Part shown: in pieces, positions 1-9,585 of the stretch | Layout of the letters: each line of letters opens with the position of its first letter | Numbering within the stretch: the stretch's first letter is position 1 | NCBI GenBank assembly: GCA_039679675.1 | Contig: JBDKUN010000056.1 | Location: 1-64,000, forward strand | Length of the DNA: 64,000 nucleotides | From: Armatimonadota bacterium | GTDB taxonomy: Bacteria > Armatimonadota > UBA5829 > DTLH01 | Direction: 5' to 3' | Notes under the pieces: model-generated | Database searches by the model: none | What the model was told of the DNA's origin: nothing | What the model saw: the letters and a program-made list of their open reading frames with translations, nothing else | Program-made: the position numbers and the translations under genes

Positions 1-64
1 GTGGACTGTACCCATTTTCCCGGACACCTTGCTAGCGAGTATTATAGAGCTAATGAGGTGAGTT

Positions 65-343
65 ATGAATCGAAGGAAATACACGAGCGAGTTCAAGATG
101 GAAGCTGTGCGTCTGGCACAGCGTGAGGGAGTTGTGGTGTCTCAGGTGGCGAGGGATCTGGACATCCACGAGAGTCTGCTGCACAAGTGGATCAAGCAGT
201 TCGGTAAGAAGCCCGACGGGAGTCAGGTAACGGCAAGTGAGCACGAGGAACTTGTCAGGCTGCGCCGCGAGAACCGGATATTGAAAGAAGAGCGGGAGAT
301 ACTAAAAAAGGCCGCAGCGTACTTTGCGAGGGAGCAGCTCTGA
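65..343 (+). CDS. IS3 transposase OrfA (HTH + leucine zipper)
   Basis: [15 protein letters not shown]...VARDLDI...[32 protein letters not shown] zipper. Confidence 0.95.
   Translation: MNRRKYTSEFKMEAVRLAQREGVVVSQVARDLDIHESLLHKWIKQFGKKPDGSQVTASEHEELVRLRRENRILKEEREILKKAAAYFAREQL
304..310 (+). promoter_or_regulatory. A6G -1 programmed frameshift signal for OrfAB fusion
   Basis: AAAAAAG near the end of orfA; orfB is in the -1 frame. Confidence 0.8.
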
Positions 344-387
344 AGTACGCGTTTATCACTGCTCACAGAGGAGAGTTTCGGGTTCTA

Positions 388-1209
388 GTGATGTGTCGGG
401 TCCTTGGGGTCTCAAGAAGCGGCTATCACGACTGGGCGGTTCGAGAGACTTGCCGGCGAGAAGTTGAAGACGGGCGTCTTCTGGCGAGAATCAAGGAGGT
501 GTTCAAAGAAAGCAAGGAGACCTACGGTTCAAGGCGTGTGCACAAACAGATCGTGAGCGAGGGTGAGACCTGCTCAAGGCGTCGGGTCGGGAGACTTATG
601 AAGAAGAACGGCATCAGGCCGAAGGTGAGGAAGCGGTTTGTTGTGACAACCGACTCAAATCATGACTTGCCGGTAGCAGAGAATCTCCTTGAGAGGGATT
701 TCCAGGTCCAGGAGCCTGACCGGGCGTGGGTAAGTGATATCACATATATCCCGACTGCTGAAGGCTGGCTTTATCTTGCCGGTGTTATCGATCTGTATAA
801 TCGTGAGGTGGTGGGCTGGAGTATGAGCGAGAGGATAGATCGCCACCTTGTGATAGGGGCTCTTGATATGGCGACAGGACGCAGGCATCCTCTGCCCGGC
901 CTTGTGGCTCACAGTGACCGGGGCAGCCAGTATGCCTCCTTTGACTACCAGAAGGAGCTGGAAAAGCACGGCCTGATCTGTTCGATGAGCAAGAAGGGCG
1001 ATCCTTGGGACAATGCCGTGATGGAGAGCTTCTTTGGGAGTCTGAAGAGAGAGCTCGTGCACCATCGTCGCTACAGAACCCGCGATGAAGCCAGAAGGGA
1101 TATCTTTGAGTATATCGAACTCTTCTATAACAGAGTCAGGCTGCACTCGACACTGGGGTATCTTTCACCAGTCCAGTTTGCAGCCAATCAAATTGCCAAA
1201 GCCGCTTAA
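388..1209 (+). CDS. IS3 transposase OrfB (DDE integrase core)
   Basis: [47 protein letters not shown] motifs. Confidence 0.95.
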   Translation: MMCRVLGVSRSGYHDWAVRETCRREVEDGRLLARIKEVFKESKETYGSRRVHKQIVSEGETCSRRRVGRLMKKNGIRPKVRKRFVVTTDSNHDLPVAENLLERDFQVQEPDRAWVSDITYIPTAEGWLYLAGVIDLYNREVVGWSMSERIDRHLVIGALDMATGRRHPLPGLVAHSDRGSQYASFDYQKELEKHGLICSMSKKGDPWDNAVMESFFGSLKRELVHHRRYRTRDEARRDIFEYIELFYNRVRLHSTLGYLSPVQFAANQIAKAA

Positions 1210-1211
1210 CA

Positions 1212-4136
1212 ATGTGTCCGAAATACCGGGTACAGGTCAACGGCGATCTGAGCACCATATACGACACAACGTTGGCGGACTCAGAGTATGATCCTGATGG
1301 ACGCGTTGTCGTTCATTATGAGTATCTATACACAGGCGGACCGATCAAGAAGACATCTGTTCTGAATGAGTCCGGCGCCGTCGTAAAACAGGTAACGAAC
1401 GTCTACGGCCCGGCAGGTGAAGTTTTAACTGAAACCGGCAACGTTCAGCAGGCAAGCGTTACATATGACCCGCTCTATAGGGTAAAGACGCTGATCGATC
1501 CCAATAACCAGATCACCGAATACACTTATGATGAAGTAGGGAACCTGACCCAGGTCGATCTTCCCGGCGACGAGACTATTTATTATCCCGATCACGATCC
1601 GAGCGGCAGAGCCTTAAGGCGGGTCGATGGTAGGAATTGGGAAACGACTTATGTATACAATGACGCACAGAACCTGTTGACGGACGTACACTACACCAAC
1701 AGGTCGGCGTATGATATTCACTATACTTACGATACTGCGCACGGCTGGTGTACATCTGTAACAGACGGTGAGGGCACGACAGGGTATCAATACGACGACC
1801 GCGGCGCAGCTACAAGTGTTACGACTACTTATACCGGGCTGCCGGCGAAGACCATCAGCTACAATTTCTTCGATAACGGCAGCATATCATCGATGACTAC
1901 CCCCGCCGGGACCTTTGCATACACGTATGACGGTGCAAATCGTCCGGTCCAGCTTGTAAATCCGTTCAGTGAAACATTTTCTTGGACGTATCAGAATAAC
2001 AACTGGCTTTCCACCCAGACTACTCCCGTTTCGCAGACGGCTTATACCTACAACCACCGTGGGTTCATGACCTGTCTCGAAAACAAGACTACCGGTGGAA
2101 CAACGCTCTCGAAGTTCGGCGGGACGGTCAGCCCTATGACCTACGATACATTTGGAAACCTGCTTTCCGTGACGGTAAACATACCTTCCGTCCCGGCTCA
2201 AAACGGTGTGACCAATTATTCCTACGATCCGTTGGACCAGCTTCTTCAGGAGCAGACTACCAGGAACGGCGGATATACTGATGTATTCGCTTATGATGCT
2301 GCGGGAAACCCGACTACCTTCAAAGGGGCATCCAGAAGCTATGATGGTGTTAAAAACCAGCGATTAGGCTACACCTACGACGGAAACGGCAACCCGACGG
2401 TCTATAGAAACGGCGTAACTCTGGCTTACGACCCTGAAGACAGGCTGATCTCCTACGGCAGCACCCTCATGGGCTACCATGACGGGCTGAGAGCCTGGAA
2501 GGAAGACTCCGGAGGGAACAAAACCTACTTCCTGTATGACGGCTTAACACCTGTCTGTGAGCTTAACGAGGGTGGAACTGTAGTTGCGACCAACACATTC
2601 GGTGCAAACGGGCTCCTTGCCCGAAGAGAAGGCACGGAAAGTGTCTTTTATACCTTCGATGACGGCGGAAATGTTGTCCAGCTATTGGATGATACCGGCG
2701 CAGTCATCACTACAGAGCAGTATGATGCCTACGGCAACAGGATAGCTGGGACGAATGACACCCCGTTCGGCTACCAGGGACAGTCTGGCTACTATACTGA
2801 CCGCGAGACCGGCCTTATACTTGCCACCAACAGGTATTACGATCCAGTCGAAGGCAGATGGCTCACCCGCGACCCGATAGGCTACGCAGGAGGCTTGAAC
2901 CTGTATGGCTATTGCTCCAACAACCCCGTAAACTATACTGATCCGTTGGGGCTGTGCGAGGATGGTGGAGGATCGTGGCTTGGTGACCTATATGATTCAT
3001 GGAAGAGTGGGGAATTACCATATCAAATTGGACTGGCACCATTGGCTGATAGCTGGGCTAATGCTGGATATGAATATGGAAGGCACGAAACCGGCCATGA
3101 TAATGGTAAGCTACTTTTTGAAGCAATGACAGGACTCGTAGTAGATACTGCAGGTTATACTGCGATTATTTATTGCGGTGGCTATATAATCTATCAAACT
3201 GGCGCGCTTGCAGTAAGTAGTATAGCATACATTCAAGGTAGTAGAACTCTTGTTGGAGAAGTGAATGGTGAGAAGCTATATAATTACGAAGAAAAAGCGC
3301 TTGAAGGTGCCGAAACAGGATGTTTTATTGCCGGAACTCCAGTCGCAACTCTTGATGGATACAAAACCATTGAGAATATACAGCCTGGAGAATTGGTTTG
3401 GTCATATGATGCCGATTCTTCATCAGTAATTACCGCTTCGGAAAACACTAAACCTCAAGTGAAGGACGTTGTGCAGGTGCTGGATAAGGATATGCATGTC
3501 ACAGCACAAGCTATTCTGGGTGCAGTGCTCTGGCCAGGACGTAGAGTATATTTTCATGGCAGAGTCTATGATGTAGCGGCAGACTGTGGCCTGGTAGATA
3601 CAGGCATAATATCATCTAGAGTTGCTCAGACATTCAAGAGGAAGACTGACGCTCTTGTTGACCTGACGGTACGCTCTTCAGATGGTAATGATACGTTTAT
3701 CACAGGCACACTAGAGCATCCGTTCTATGTTCCTGCAATAAGTGATTATGTGGCTCTTGGTAAACTTACCCCAGGCACGGTACTTAAAACTGCTGATGGA
3801 AGCGCCGTCACCGTTGTCGATAGTTCTGTAAGGTATGGAGACTTTGATGTCTACAACTTCGAAGTTCAAGGTCAGCATAACTACTATATCTCTAATGATA
3901 ATGTGCTTGTGCACAATGCTTCTAAGTTACCATTCGAAGGTAAGCCAGGAAGCATTGTAGAGACACCTGATGGTGCTAAGGTTCGTCAATACGGTGATGA
4001 TGGTTGGCCTAAATGGGATTATGATTTTGATCATTCTCATAACGGGGTGCAGCCACACTACCACGAGTGGCTGAGACCTGAAGATGGCGGTAAACCAACT
4101 CATAATCTAAGAATATCCGGAGGTCCACTTGAATGA
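1212..4136 (+). CDS. RHS/YD-repeat polymorphic toxin, C-terminal part (interrupted by IS3): YD repeats, RHS core, PT-HINT, C-terminal toxin
   Basis: YD repeats; YDAYG...RYYDPVEGRWLTRDPIG...NLYGYCSNNPVNYTDPLGL core (2925-2954); HINT CFIAGT...VLVHN (3321-3917); 72-aa tail with DHSH/PHYHEW. The first 9 codons come from the IS right end. Confidence 0.9.
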   Translation: MCPKYRVQVNGDLSTIYDTTLADSEYDPDGRVVVHYEYLYTGGPIKKTSVLNESGAVVKQVTNVYGPAGEVLTETGNVQQASVTYDPLYRVKTLIDPNNQITEYTYDEVGNLTQVDLPGDETIYYPDHDPSGRALRRVDGRNWETTYVYNDAQNLLTDVHYTNRSAYDIHYTYDTAHGWCTSVTDGEGTTGYQYDDRGAATSVTTTYTGLPAKTISYNFFDNGSISSMTTPAGTFAYTYDGANRPVQLVNPFSETFSWTYQNNNWLSTQTTPVSQTAYTYNHRGFMTCLENKTTGGTTLSKFGGTVSPMTYDTFGNLLSVTVNIPSVPAQNGVTNYSYDPLDQLLQEQTTRNGGYTDVFAYDAAGNPTTFKGASRSYDGVKNQRLGYTYDGNGNPTVYRNGVTLAYDPEDRLISYGSTLMGYHDGLRAWKEDSGGNKTYFLYDGLTPVCELNEGGTVVATNTFGANGLLARREGTESVFYTFDDGGNVVQLLDDTGAVITTEQYDAYGNRIAGTNDTPFGYQGQSGYYTDRETGLILATNRYYDPVEGRWLTRDPIGYAGGLNLYGYCSNNPVNYTDPLGLCEDGGGSWLGDLYDSWKSGELPYQIGLAPLADSWANAGYEYGRHETGHDNGKLLFEAMTGLVVDTAGYTAIIYCGGYIIYQTGALAVSSIAYIQGSRTLVGEVNGEKLYNYEEKALEGAETGCFIAGTPVATLDGYKTIENIQPGELVWSYDADSSSVITASENTKPQVKDVVQVLDKDMHVTAQAILGAVLWPGRRVYFHGRVYDVAADCGLVDTGIISSRVAQTFKRKTDALVDLTVRSSDGNDTFITGTLEHPFYVPAISDYVALGKLTPGTVLKTADGSAVTVVDSSVRYGDFDVYNFEVQGQHNYYISNDNVLVHNASKLPFEGKPGSIVETPDGAKVRQYGDDGWPKWDYDFDHSHNGVQPHYHEWLRPEDGGKPTHNLRISGGPLE

Positions 4137-4558
4137 ATAATTTATCTGAACATCATTGTGATCACAGCCAGAATGAAGCCCTTCATGATTGCTATATTTT
4201 AGGCATTATCTCTGACACTATGATGGAGCATAAGGCGGAGATAATTGTTCAATGCTACTCTTGCAAAGCGAGGTTTAAGGTCATACTGGATGGGATCTTT
4301 AGTATGTGCGTCCACGATTTCTGGGAAGGCAACATTATCGATGATATGAGCCAATATGAGTGGCCAAATATGCCGGCAGAATGGTTAGCGGACGTACTCC
4401 ATACAAATGATACTAAGGATCTGATTGGGAAACTAGCCCCCGATCTCGATAGGATACGTGACCAGAAGATGATTCTACTACACATAACGCCATCATATGG
4501 ATGTGAGATATTTGCTCTGTGCAAATCGATCATGGTGCAGGAGTTGGCAGATGATTAA
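4133..4558 (+). CDS. Putative cognate immunity protein
   Basis: 141-aa acidic protein overlapping the toxin stop (ATGA); LHD..I...PSYG pattern; position typical of immunity genes. Confidence 0.7.
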   Translation: MNNLSEHHCDHSQNEALHDCYILGIISDTMMEHKAEIIVQCYSCKARFKVILDGIFSMCVHDFWEGNIIDDMSQYEWPNMPAEWLADVLHTNDTKDLIGKLAPDLDRIRDQKMILLHITPSYGCEIFALCKSIMVQELADD

Positions 4559-4653
4559 TTTTAGTAGGCATCGTCACGGTTGCCATGCCGATGCCACCAC
4601 GATCGCATGTAATTTGCTCAAAGCGGGCGTGTATTTCGGAAAGGAGAAATAAA

Positions 4654-6999
4654 ATGAAGTTACAATCACCAGGTAAATTCCTGGTTGGAATAGCCTTAGC
4701 GTTAGTAGCATCGATGCTGCTGGTCTGCCCCGTAATGGCGGAGTGGCGGCAGACTGATTGTAGCTATATCATTAATAATGATTTGTGCTTTGCGACGGCG
4801 ACCGGTAATGTAGTATATGGCACGGTAAATTCAGCTATTCCCTTGCTGGCGGGTGTGGAAACCCCTACTGTAAATACGAGTTCGCTAACACCTTGGCTAG
4901 GAAGCACTGACTTAAATTTGGATTGTACAATAACATATACTTTCCAATGGGTGCCGGGACTGGGCGAACCGAGTGATCCTCCATCCGTGGCGTACATAGT
5001 TGAGCATCCATTCGCTTCTATCGGAATTACAAGCAATTTTTCAGCGATTACGGAACACTATATTGATCTAAGTGTACCATATACCACTCGCATGGAAATA
5101 GGCACATACGCCTTTAGTGAAGTAGCAAGAGGTGAGCCTCAGATAATTACTGAAGTAGAGAATCCCGGCACGACTATCACTTTTAGCAGAAACGTTTATG
5201 CTAAATTACGTTGTGCGGGTTCATGGGATGGAAGTGTCGGAGATCTTTCTCGAACAGCTATTACAGGGTCGGTCGATTTGAGAGCACAGGTACAAACTGA
5301 TCCACCTGTACGTGAATACATCAATATTCCAATTTGGACAGTAATTGTTTACGATCCTAATAATCCGGTGTTTTCGCCGGGGAGCGGAGGAGCAAACGGC
5401 GGCGGTGATCCGGTAAGCCTCATAACAGGCGAGCATATGGATTTTCCAGACTCGGATATCAGCGCATACAATCCGTTTGGGCCAAATGCCATATTCCAAA
5501 GGAATAATTACAGCGGGATGGCAAAATCGTCATATGGTTCTCCCGGCCTTCCTGCTGGATGGGTTCACAACTATGACTTAAGGATAATAACAACAGGAGA
5601 CAATAACGCATGGTCCGATCTTGTGATGCTCTATCCGAACTGCGCTCAAGACAAGCTTGTTGTGAATGGGACTGCCGGAGAAATTACAGCACCTGCAGGT
5701 GCGCCTTACATGGTAACTGGAACCCAATCTACCATAGGAAAGTGGACTAGTATCAATGTTAGGTGGAAACAGGGCGACACTGTTTGGACGTTCGTTCCGA
5801 AATCAGAAATAAGCAGCGTTTACACACTTAAAAAGATAGCCAACAGGATGGGAAGATATATCGAGATCAATCGCGATTCGAATGATCGAGTTACGACTGT
5901 CACGGATGACAGTGCTACCCCGAATACTCTCCTGACTTTTGCGTACAACACCGATGGCTACGTTTCATCGGTAACGGATTGCCACAGCCGCAAAGTTGTC
6001 TATACCTACGGAAATGCAACAGATGAAAACATATCTGACAAGTGCCTGCTTGAAGTATCGCAGATAGTAAAGTCTACCGCGACAACTGCGCCTTTCCAGT
6101 TGAAATATGACTATGTAAGCAGGTTTAGTGGCAAGCCGTTCCTGTCTACTACAAAAACTCCGAGCCCTACAGGCACGGGGACCAGCACAATTACCGCTGC
6201 TTACGATACCGATGCTAATAATGCGAGGGTCTTGTCCCTAACAGATCCGAATGGCGTTGTTCGTGAATATAGCTATGGTTGGGATAAAACGAGGATCACT
6301 GTCAAAAAAGATGGTGTTACCGCAATGTATTGGGATCAGAAATTCGATCCGGTGAAGTATGTGAACACGGGTACAACCGATTCAAAGAACCACTCGACTA
6401 CGATAGAGTATAACGACTCGAACAATCCTTACAGCCCAACGAAGATTACTGACAAGAACGGTAAGGAGACGACCATCACCTACGATCAAACGCATAAATA
6501 CGGCAATATCGTAAGTATCACGAACCCGAGAGGGACGACAACCACCTACGATTACAGTTATGCAAATTCCCCGTTCGGATGGCTGACACGCGCTGTACAG
6601 GGGACCAAGACACTTGCGACGATTGGTTATTATTCTTCTGGACTCGTCCAAACGATCACGGCCCCGAAACCGGGCACTACGAACGGCTCGACAGTGGCAT
6701 CATCGTATACTTATGATGCACTCGGCAATATCCTGACCGTCACTACCCCCGGCAATGGTACCGTAACGAGCATTGTAACGACGCTCAACTATACCACAGA
6801 CGGCAGCTTCAGCCAGGCTGCGATGCTCGGCCAGCCGCTAACCGTCACCGACAACCTTGGGCATGTGACTCACTTAAGATACGACGCTATGGGCAATGTC
6901 ATTTCGGCTACAGATGCTCTTGGGCGCGAAGTAAATTATACCTACAACATAGTGGGCCAACCGGTATTGGCAATCTCACCAAAACCGCCAGCGCCGTAG
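4654..6999 (+). CDS. Secreted RHS-type protein, N-terminal half only (signal peptide, unique domain, GDPV 'plug', YD repeats; no core or toxin)
   Basis: ATG at 4654 after AAGGAG; hydrophobic signal peptide; GGDPVSLITGE, GWVHNYD, YD repeats; stops at ISPKPPAP*. Confidence 0.85.
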   Translation: MKLQSPGKFLVGIALALVASMLLVCPVMAEWRQTDCSYIINNDLCFATATGNVVYGTVNSAIPLLAGVETPTVNTSSLTPWLGSTDLNLDCTITYTFQWVPGLGEPSDPPSVAYIVEHPFASIGITSNFSAITEHYIDLSVPYTTRMEIGTYAFSEVARGEPQIITEVENPGTTITFSRNVYAKLRCAGSWDGSVGDLSRTAITGSVDLRAQVQTDPPVREYINIPIWTVIVYDPNNPVFSPGSGGANGGGDPVSLITGEHMDFPDSDISAYNPFGPNAIFQRNNYSGMAKSSYGSPGLPAGWVHNYDLRIITTGDNNAWSDLVMLYPNCAQDKLVVNGTAGEITAPAGAPYMVTGTQSTIGKWTSINVRWKQGDTVWTFVPKSEISSVYTLKKIANRMGRYIEINRDSNDRVTTVTDDSATPNTLLTFAYNTDGYVSSVTDCHSRKVVYTYGNATDENISDKCLLEVSQIVKSTATTAPFQLKYDYVSRFSGKPFLSTTKTPSPTGTGTSTITAAYDTDANNARVLSLTDPNGVVREYSYGWDKTRITVKKDGVTAMYWDQKFDPVKYVNTGTTDSKNHSTTIEYNDSNNPYSPTKITDKNGKETTITYDQTHKYGNIVSITNPRGTTTTYDYSYANSPFGWLTRAVQGTKTLATIGYYSSGLVQTITAPKPGTTNGSTVASSYTYDALGNILTVTTPGNGTVTSIVTTLNYTTDGSFSQAAMLGQPLTVTDNLGHVTHLRYDAMGNVISATDALGREVNYTYNIVGQPVLAISPKPPAP

Positions 7000-7020
7000 T
7001 GTTCATATAGACAAAAAACG

Positions 7021-7057
7021 AGAGGGTGGAGCAAATGTTCCACCCTCTTCCTCTTTT
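7021..7057. terminator. Rho-independent terminator after the half-RHS gene
   Basis: AGAGGGTGGA-loop-TCCACCCTCT with flanking A- and T-rich tracts. Confidence 0.75.
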
Positions 7058-7129
7058 AACGAGCTGAGATAGACTATACAGCGGAAGCCAGCGACAAGAC
7101 AGGTAATCCTAAGTCAATAATAGGCTGAC

Positions 7130-7310
7130 GCCAGCGCGGCATTAGCAGTGCCGCGGCAAAACGATCTGCTCGGCGTTCTTCGATCGGCCTGATCGGCACA
7201 TCTGTTCGCCTTAGCTCGCAAATTGTGCTTGGCTACACATTCTTGGGAAGCATCAGGTGATGTCCTATCTCATGCGCGATATTCCACCGTTTTCTGATGG
7301 GATACAGGTC
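7130..7310 (-). pseudogene. ImmA/IrrE-family metallopeptidase remnant
   Basis: Minus-strand translation RKRWNIAHEIGHHLM...*...EERRADRFAAALLMP (HExxH + ExxAxxFAxxLLMP), in-frame TAG at 7233-7235, no start. Confidence 0.85.
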
Positions 7311-7371
7311 AATAGGACAGGGCGCAGCATTACGCATGCAGCCGCGGACGGAGAGCGTGTGGGGGCATGAG

Positions 7372-7407
7372 ATTTGCTAACAATTTGCTAACGAGATTGT
7401 TAGCAAA
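7372..7407. repeat. att-arm-like repeats (ATTTGCTAAC x2 direct + one inverted)
   Basis: 7372-7381, 7383-7392 and inverted GTTAGCAAA 7399-7407, about 80-110 bp beyond the tRNA 3' end. Confidence 0.6.
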
Positions 7408-7483
7408 CCCCGAAAAATGGCGTAAATGGCGGGTACTGATCGCGTAAATTACGGTACTTTACGAAGGATAACAAGCACAAAAA

Positions 7484-7560
7484 TGGCGCGCCTGAAGGGA
7501 TTCGAACCCCCGACCCTCTGATCCGAAGTCAGATGCTCTAATCCACTGAGCTACAGGCGC
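7484..7560 (-). tRNA. tRNA-Arg (TCG)
   Basis: GCGCCTGTAGCTCAGTGGATTAGAGCATCTGACTTCGGATCAGAGGGTCGGGGGTTCGAATCCCTTCAGGCGCGCCA; cloverleaf with encoded CCA. Confidence 0.97.
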
Positions 7561-7574
7561 GCGTTCACTCGCAT

Positions 7575-7603
7575 AGTATACCACGAGATGAAATCACGGG
7601 CAA
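7575..7603 (-). promoter_or_regulatory. Sigma70-type promoter of tRNA-Arg
   Basis: TTGCCC-N17-TATACT on the minus strand. Confidence 0.65.
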
Positions 7604-7732
7604 ATTTCGCGTTGCCACCGGCGGCTTAAGTACAGCCTATAGATTTTCGGCTGATTAATTAGCGGCCAGTTATATATTAGCTGTTACTTTATCTCCTGAA
7701 ACTCTATGGTAAGGGCCTTATTTGTTGAGGAA

Positions 7733-7762
7733 GTTGCTCCGGCGAGATTCCACCGGAGCAAC
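7733..7762 (-). terminator. Hairpin downstream of the cytochrome c peroxidase gene
   Basis: GTTGCTCCGG...CCGGAGCAAC. Confidence 0.55.
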
Positions 7763-7775
7763 TCGCTGGCAATGC

Positions 7776-8906
7776 TTAGGGTTTGTAGCCATCAGTCAGT
7801 GTCATGAGAAAAGCGACAAGTGCTTCTTCCTCTGTTTCAGTCAGTCCCAGGTTGCCAACAACGGTTGAAACGTTGGCTTTTACCTCTGGCGAAGGCCAGT
7901 GTTCTTCCGTAACATCACGGGTGTTGAAGAAGTGCACCACTGTGTGCAGGTCATTGAACACTCCGTTGTGGAAATATGGAGCAGTCAAGGCGATATTTCT
8001 TACGGTAGGCATCCCCATTTTGCCGTATTGGTCTTCGTAAGCTTTTTGCTTTAGTCCCAGGGTCTGAAGAAATCCACCGAGCCCAAGGTCGATGATTTTC
8101 CCATCATCCGGGTTTATGCTTGGTATGGTTGTGTAGAACGGGTTATCAGGATTTATAGGCACACCGATGTTGGCATAGCCGAATGCCGTAAGTATCGGCT
8201 CCGTCGAGCCCACCGGAAATGCATGGCAGCCTAAACAGTGCCCTTTCCCCTGGAATATCTCCATTCCCAGCTTTTCCTGGTCCGTGAAAACGCTTTTATC
8301 AACTCTCAAGTAGTAATCCAGCTTGGAATCGAATCTATTCAGTTCTGGTGATTTCTCAAATTCGGCTATCGCGTCCGCCATCGCATTGTAGGCATTCTCG
8401 ACATTGTTGAATATATTTTTACCGTATACTTTCTTAAAGAGCGGTGCGTAGTCCGCTTTCTGGATATCGTGTATAACGAGTTTTTTGTTGGGGTTATGCA
8501 TCTCCACAGGGTTCAGGAACGGCCCCTTAGCCTGTTCCACCAAGTCGAATGCCCTGCCATCCCAGAACTGTCCACCCTTTGATGCCCCGGTGTCGGGATC
8601 ATAAGTGAAATCAGGGGCTGTGGCAAGATAAGTAACGGTCGGGGCGTTTCTGTTTCCCACACGAATCTGGATAGCTCCCTGAGAAACCGGGAGGTTGTGG
8701 TCCGGGTCTGCAAACCCGAAGTCCGGGTCATGACAGCTCGCGCAGGATTGTCCCGGTGGGCTCGACAAGTTCGTGTCGAAAAACAGGAACTTGCCAAGAA
8801 GCTCTTTGTTCGTCAAATCTGCTGCGCTTGTTGCCTGCACAAGCACTAAAATCGTTAATACTGCAATTGCTAAACTGATCAATCGTACACGCATACCTGC
8901 TGACAT
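7776..8906 (-). CDS. Di-heme cytochrome c peroxidase (CcP/MauG family)
   Basis: Signal peptide, LGKFLFFD, two CxxCH (CASCH, CLGCH), RNAPT, QFWDGRA, PTVRNIALTAPYFHNG. Confidence 0.92.
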   Translation of the reverse strand: MSAGMRVRLISLAIAVLTILVLVQATSAADLTNKELLGKFLFFDTNLSSPPGQSCASCHDPDFGFADPDHNLPVSQGAIQIRVGNRNAPTVTYLATAPDFTYDPDTGASKGGQFWDGRAFDLVEQAKGPFLNPVEMHNPNKKLVIHDIQKADYAPLFKKVYGKNIFNNVENAYNAMADAIAEFEKSPELNRFDSKLDYYLRVDKSVFTDQEKLGMEIFQGKGHCLGCHAFPVGSTEPILTAFGYANIGVPINPDNPFYTTIPSINPDDGKIIDLGLGGFLQTLGLKQKAYEDQYGKMGMPTVRNIALTAPYFHNGVFNDLHTVVHFFNTRDVTEEHWPSPEVKANVSTVVGNLGLTETEEEALVAFLMTLTDGYKP

Positions 8907-9005
8907 AACTTTTCTCCTCTCAAATGAATTGAGTCAGTCGACAAGTCATACCCGTAATAGGCGAGGAAGTTACGTCAGCAGGATGTATGGCAAGTGGAGA
9001 AGAAA

Positions 9006-9575
9006 TTATTTGATGAGATAATCCGCCCGTATCATCCCAAATTTCAGGATGTTAATGAACTCGTTGTTTTTCTTGATCCCGTGGCGGGAGCAGCCTTCGT
9101 AGAGGAGGCCTGCTTTTTGGATCACTTTTGCCGATGCCTTGTTTTCTTCGAAGCAGCTTGCGTATATCCGCTCTAGACCGAGTATATCAAACCCGAACGT
9201 GACCACCGCTTTTGCGGCTTCGGTCATAATCCCATGGCCCCAGTAGGGCTTCCCAAGCCAGTAGCCAAGCTCGGCGTTTTCGTTTTCCCAGGAAATCCCG
9301 TCCAGACTGCACACACCGGCGGGTTTGCCAGTCTCTTTAGTGATAATAGCGAATTCGAATTGCTCTTTGCGCTTCATTGCAGCTTCAGCCTTTTTAAGCC
9401 ACTCAGGGAGAACATCTTCGGGGTAAGGGTGAGGCACTCTGAACATGTATTGGGCCACATCCGCATCATTTATCAGCGGAAACAGCTCAGGCGCGTCTGA
9501 CTGACGGAGCGGCCGAAGTATCAGCCGCTCCGTTTCGATCTTTATGTTAGTTATGTTGATGTTAATGGGTTCCAT
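9006..9575 (-). CDS. GNAT acetyltransferase, RimJ/RimL family
   Basis: IETERLILRP, ELGYWLGKPYWGHGIMTEA, NKASAKVIQKAG. Confidence 0.92.
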   Translation of the reverse strand: MEPININITNIKIETERLILRPLRQSDAPELFPLINDADVAQYMFRVPHPYPEDVLPEWLKKAEAAMKRKEQFEFAIITKETGKPAGVCSLDGISWENENAELGYWLGKPYWGHGIMTEAAKAVVTFGFDILGLERIYASCFEENKASAKVIQKAGLLYEGCSRHGIKKNNEFINILKFGMIRADYLIK

Positions 9576-9585
9576 AATGGTGAAA

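Larger units (their letters stand above)
2..1239 (+). mobile_element. IS3-family insertion sequence (1238 bp), apparently complete
   Basis: TG...CA termini; imperfect 29-bp terminal IRs (2-30 TGGACTGTACCCATTTTCCCGGACACCTT vs reverse complement of 1211-1239 TGACCTGTACCCGGTATTTCGGACACATT); orfA/orfB in -1 phase. Right flank starts ACG and base 1 is G, compatible with a 3-bp TSD (left flank outside window). Confidence 0.95.

Noticed and set aside
7233..7235. In-frame TAG in the ImmA fragment as pyrrolysine or readthrough
   Set aside because: Fragment has no start or intact N-terminus and TAG is an ordinary stop for many genes here
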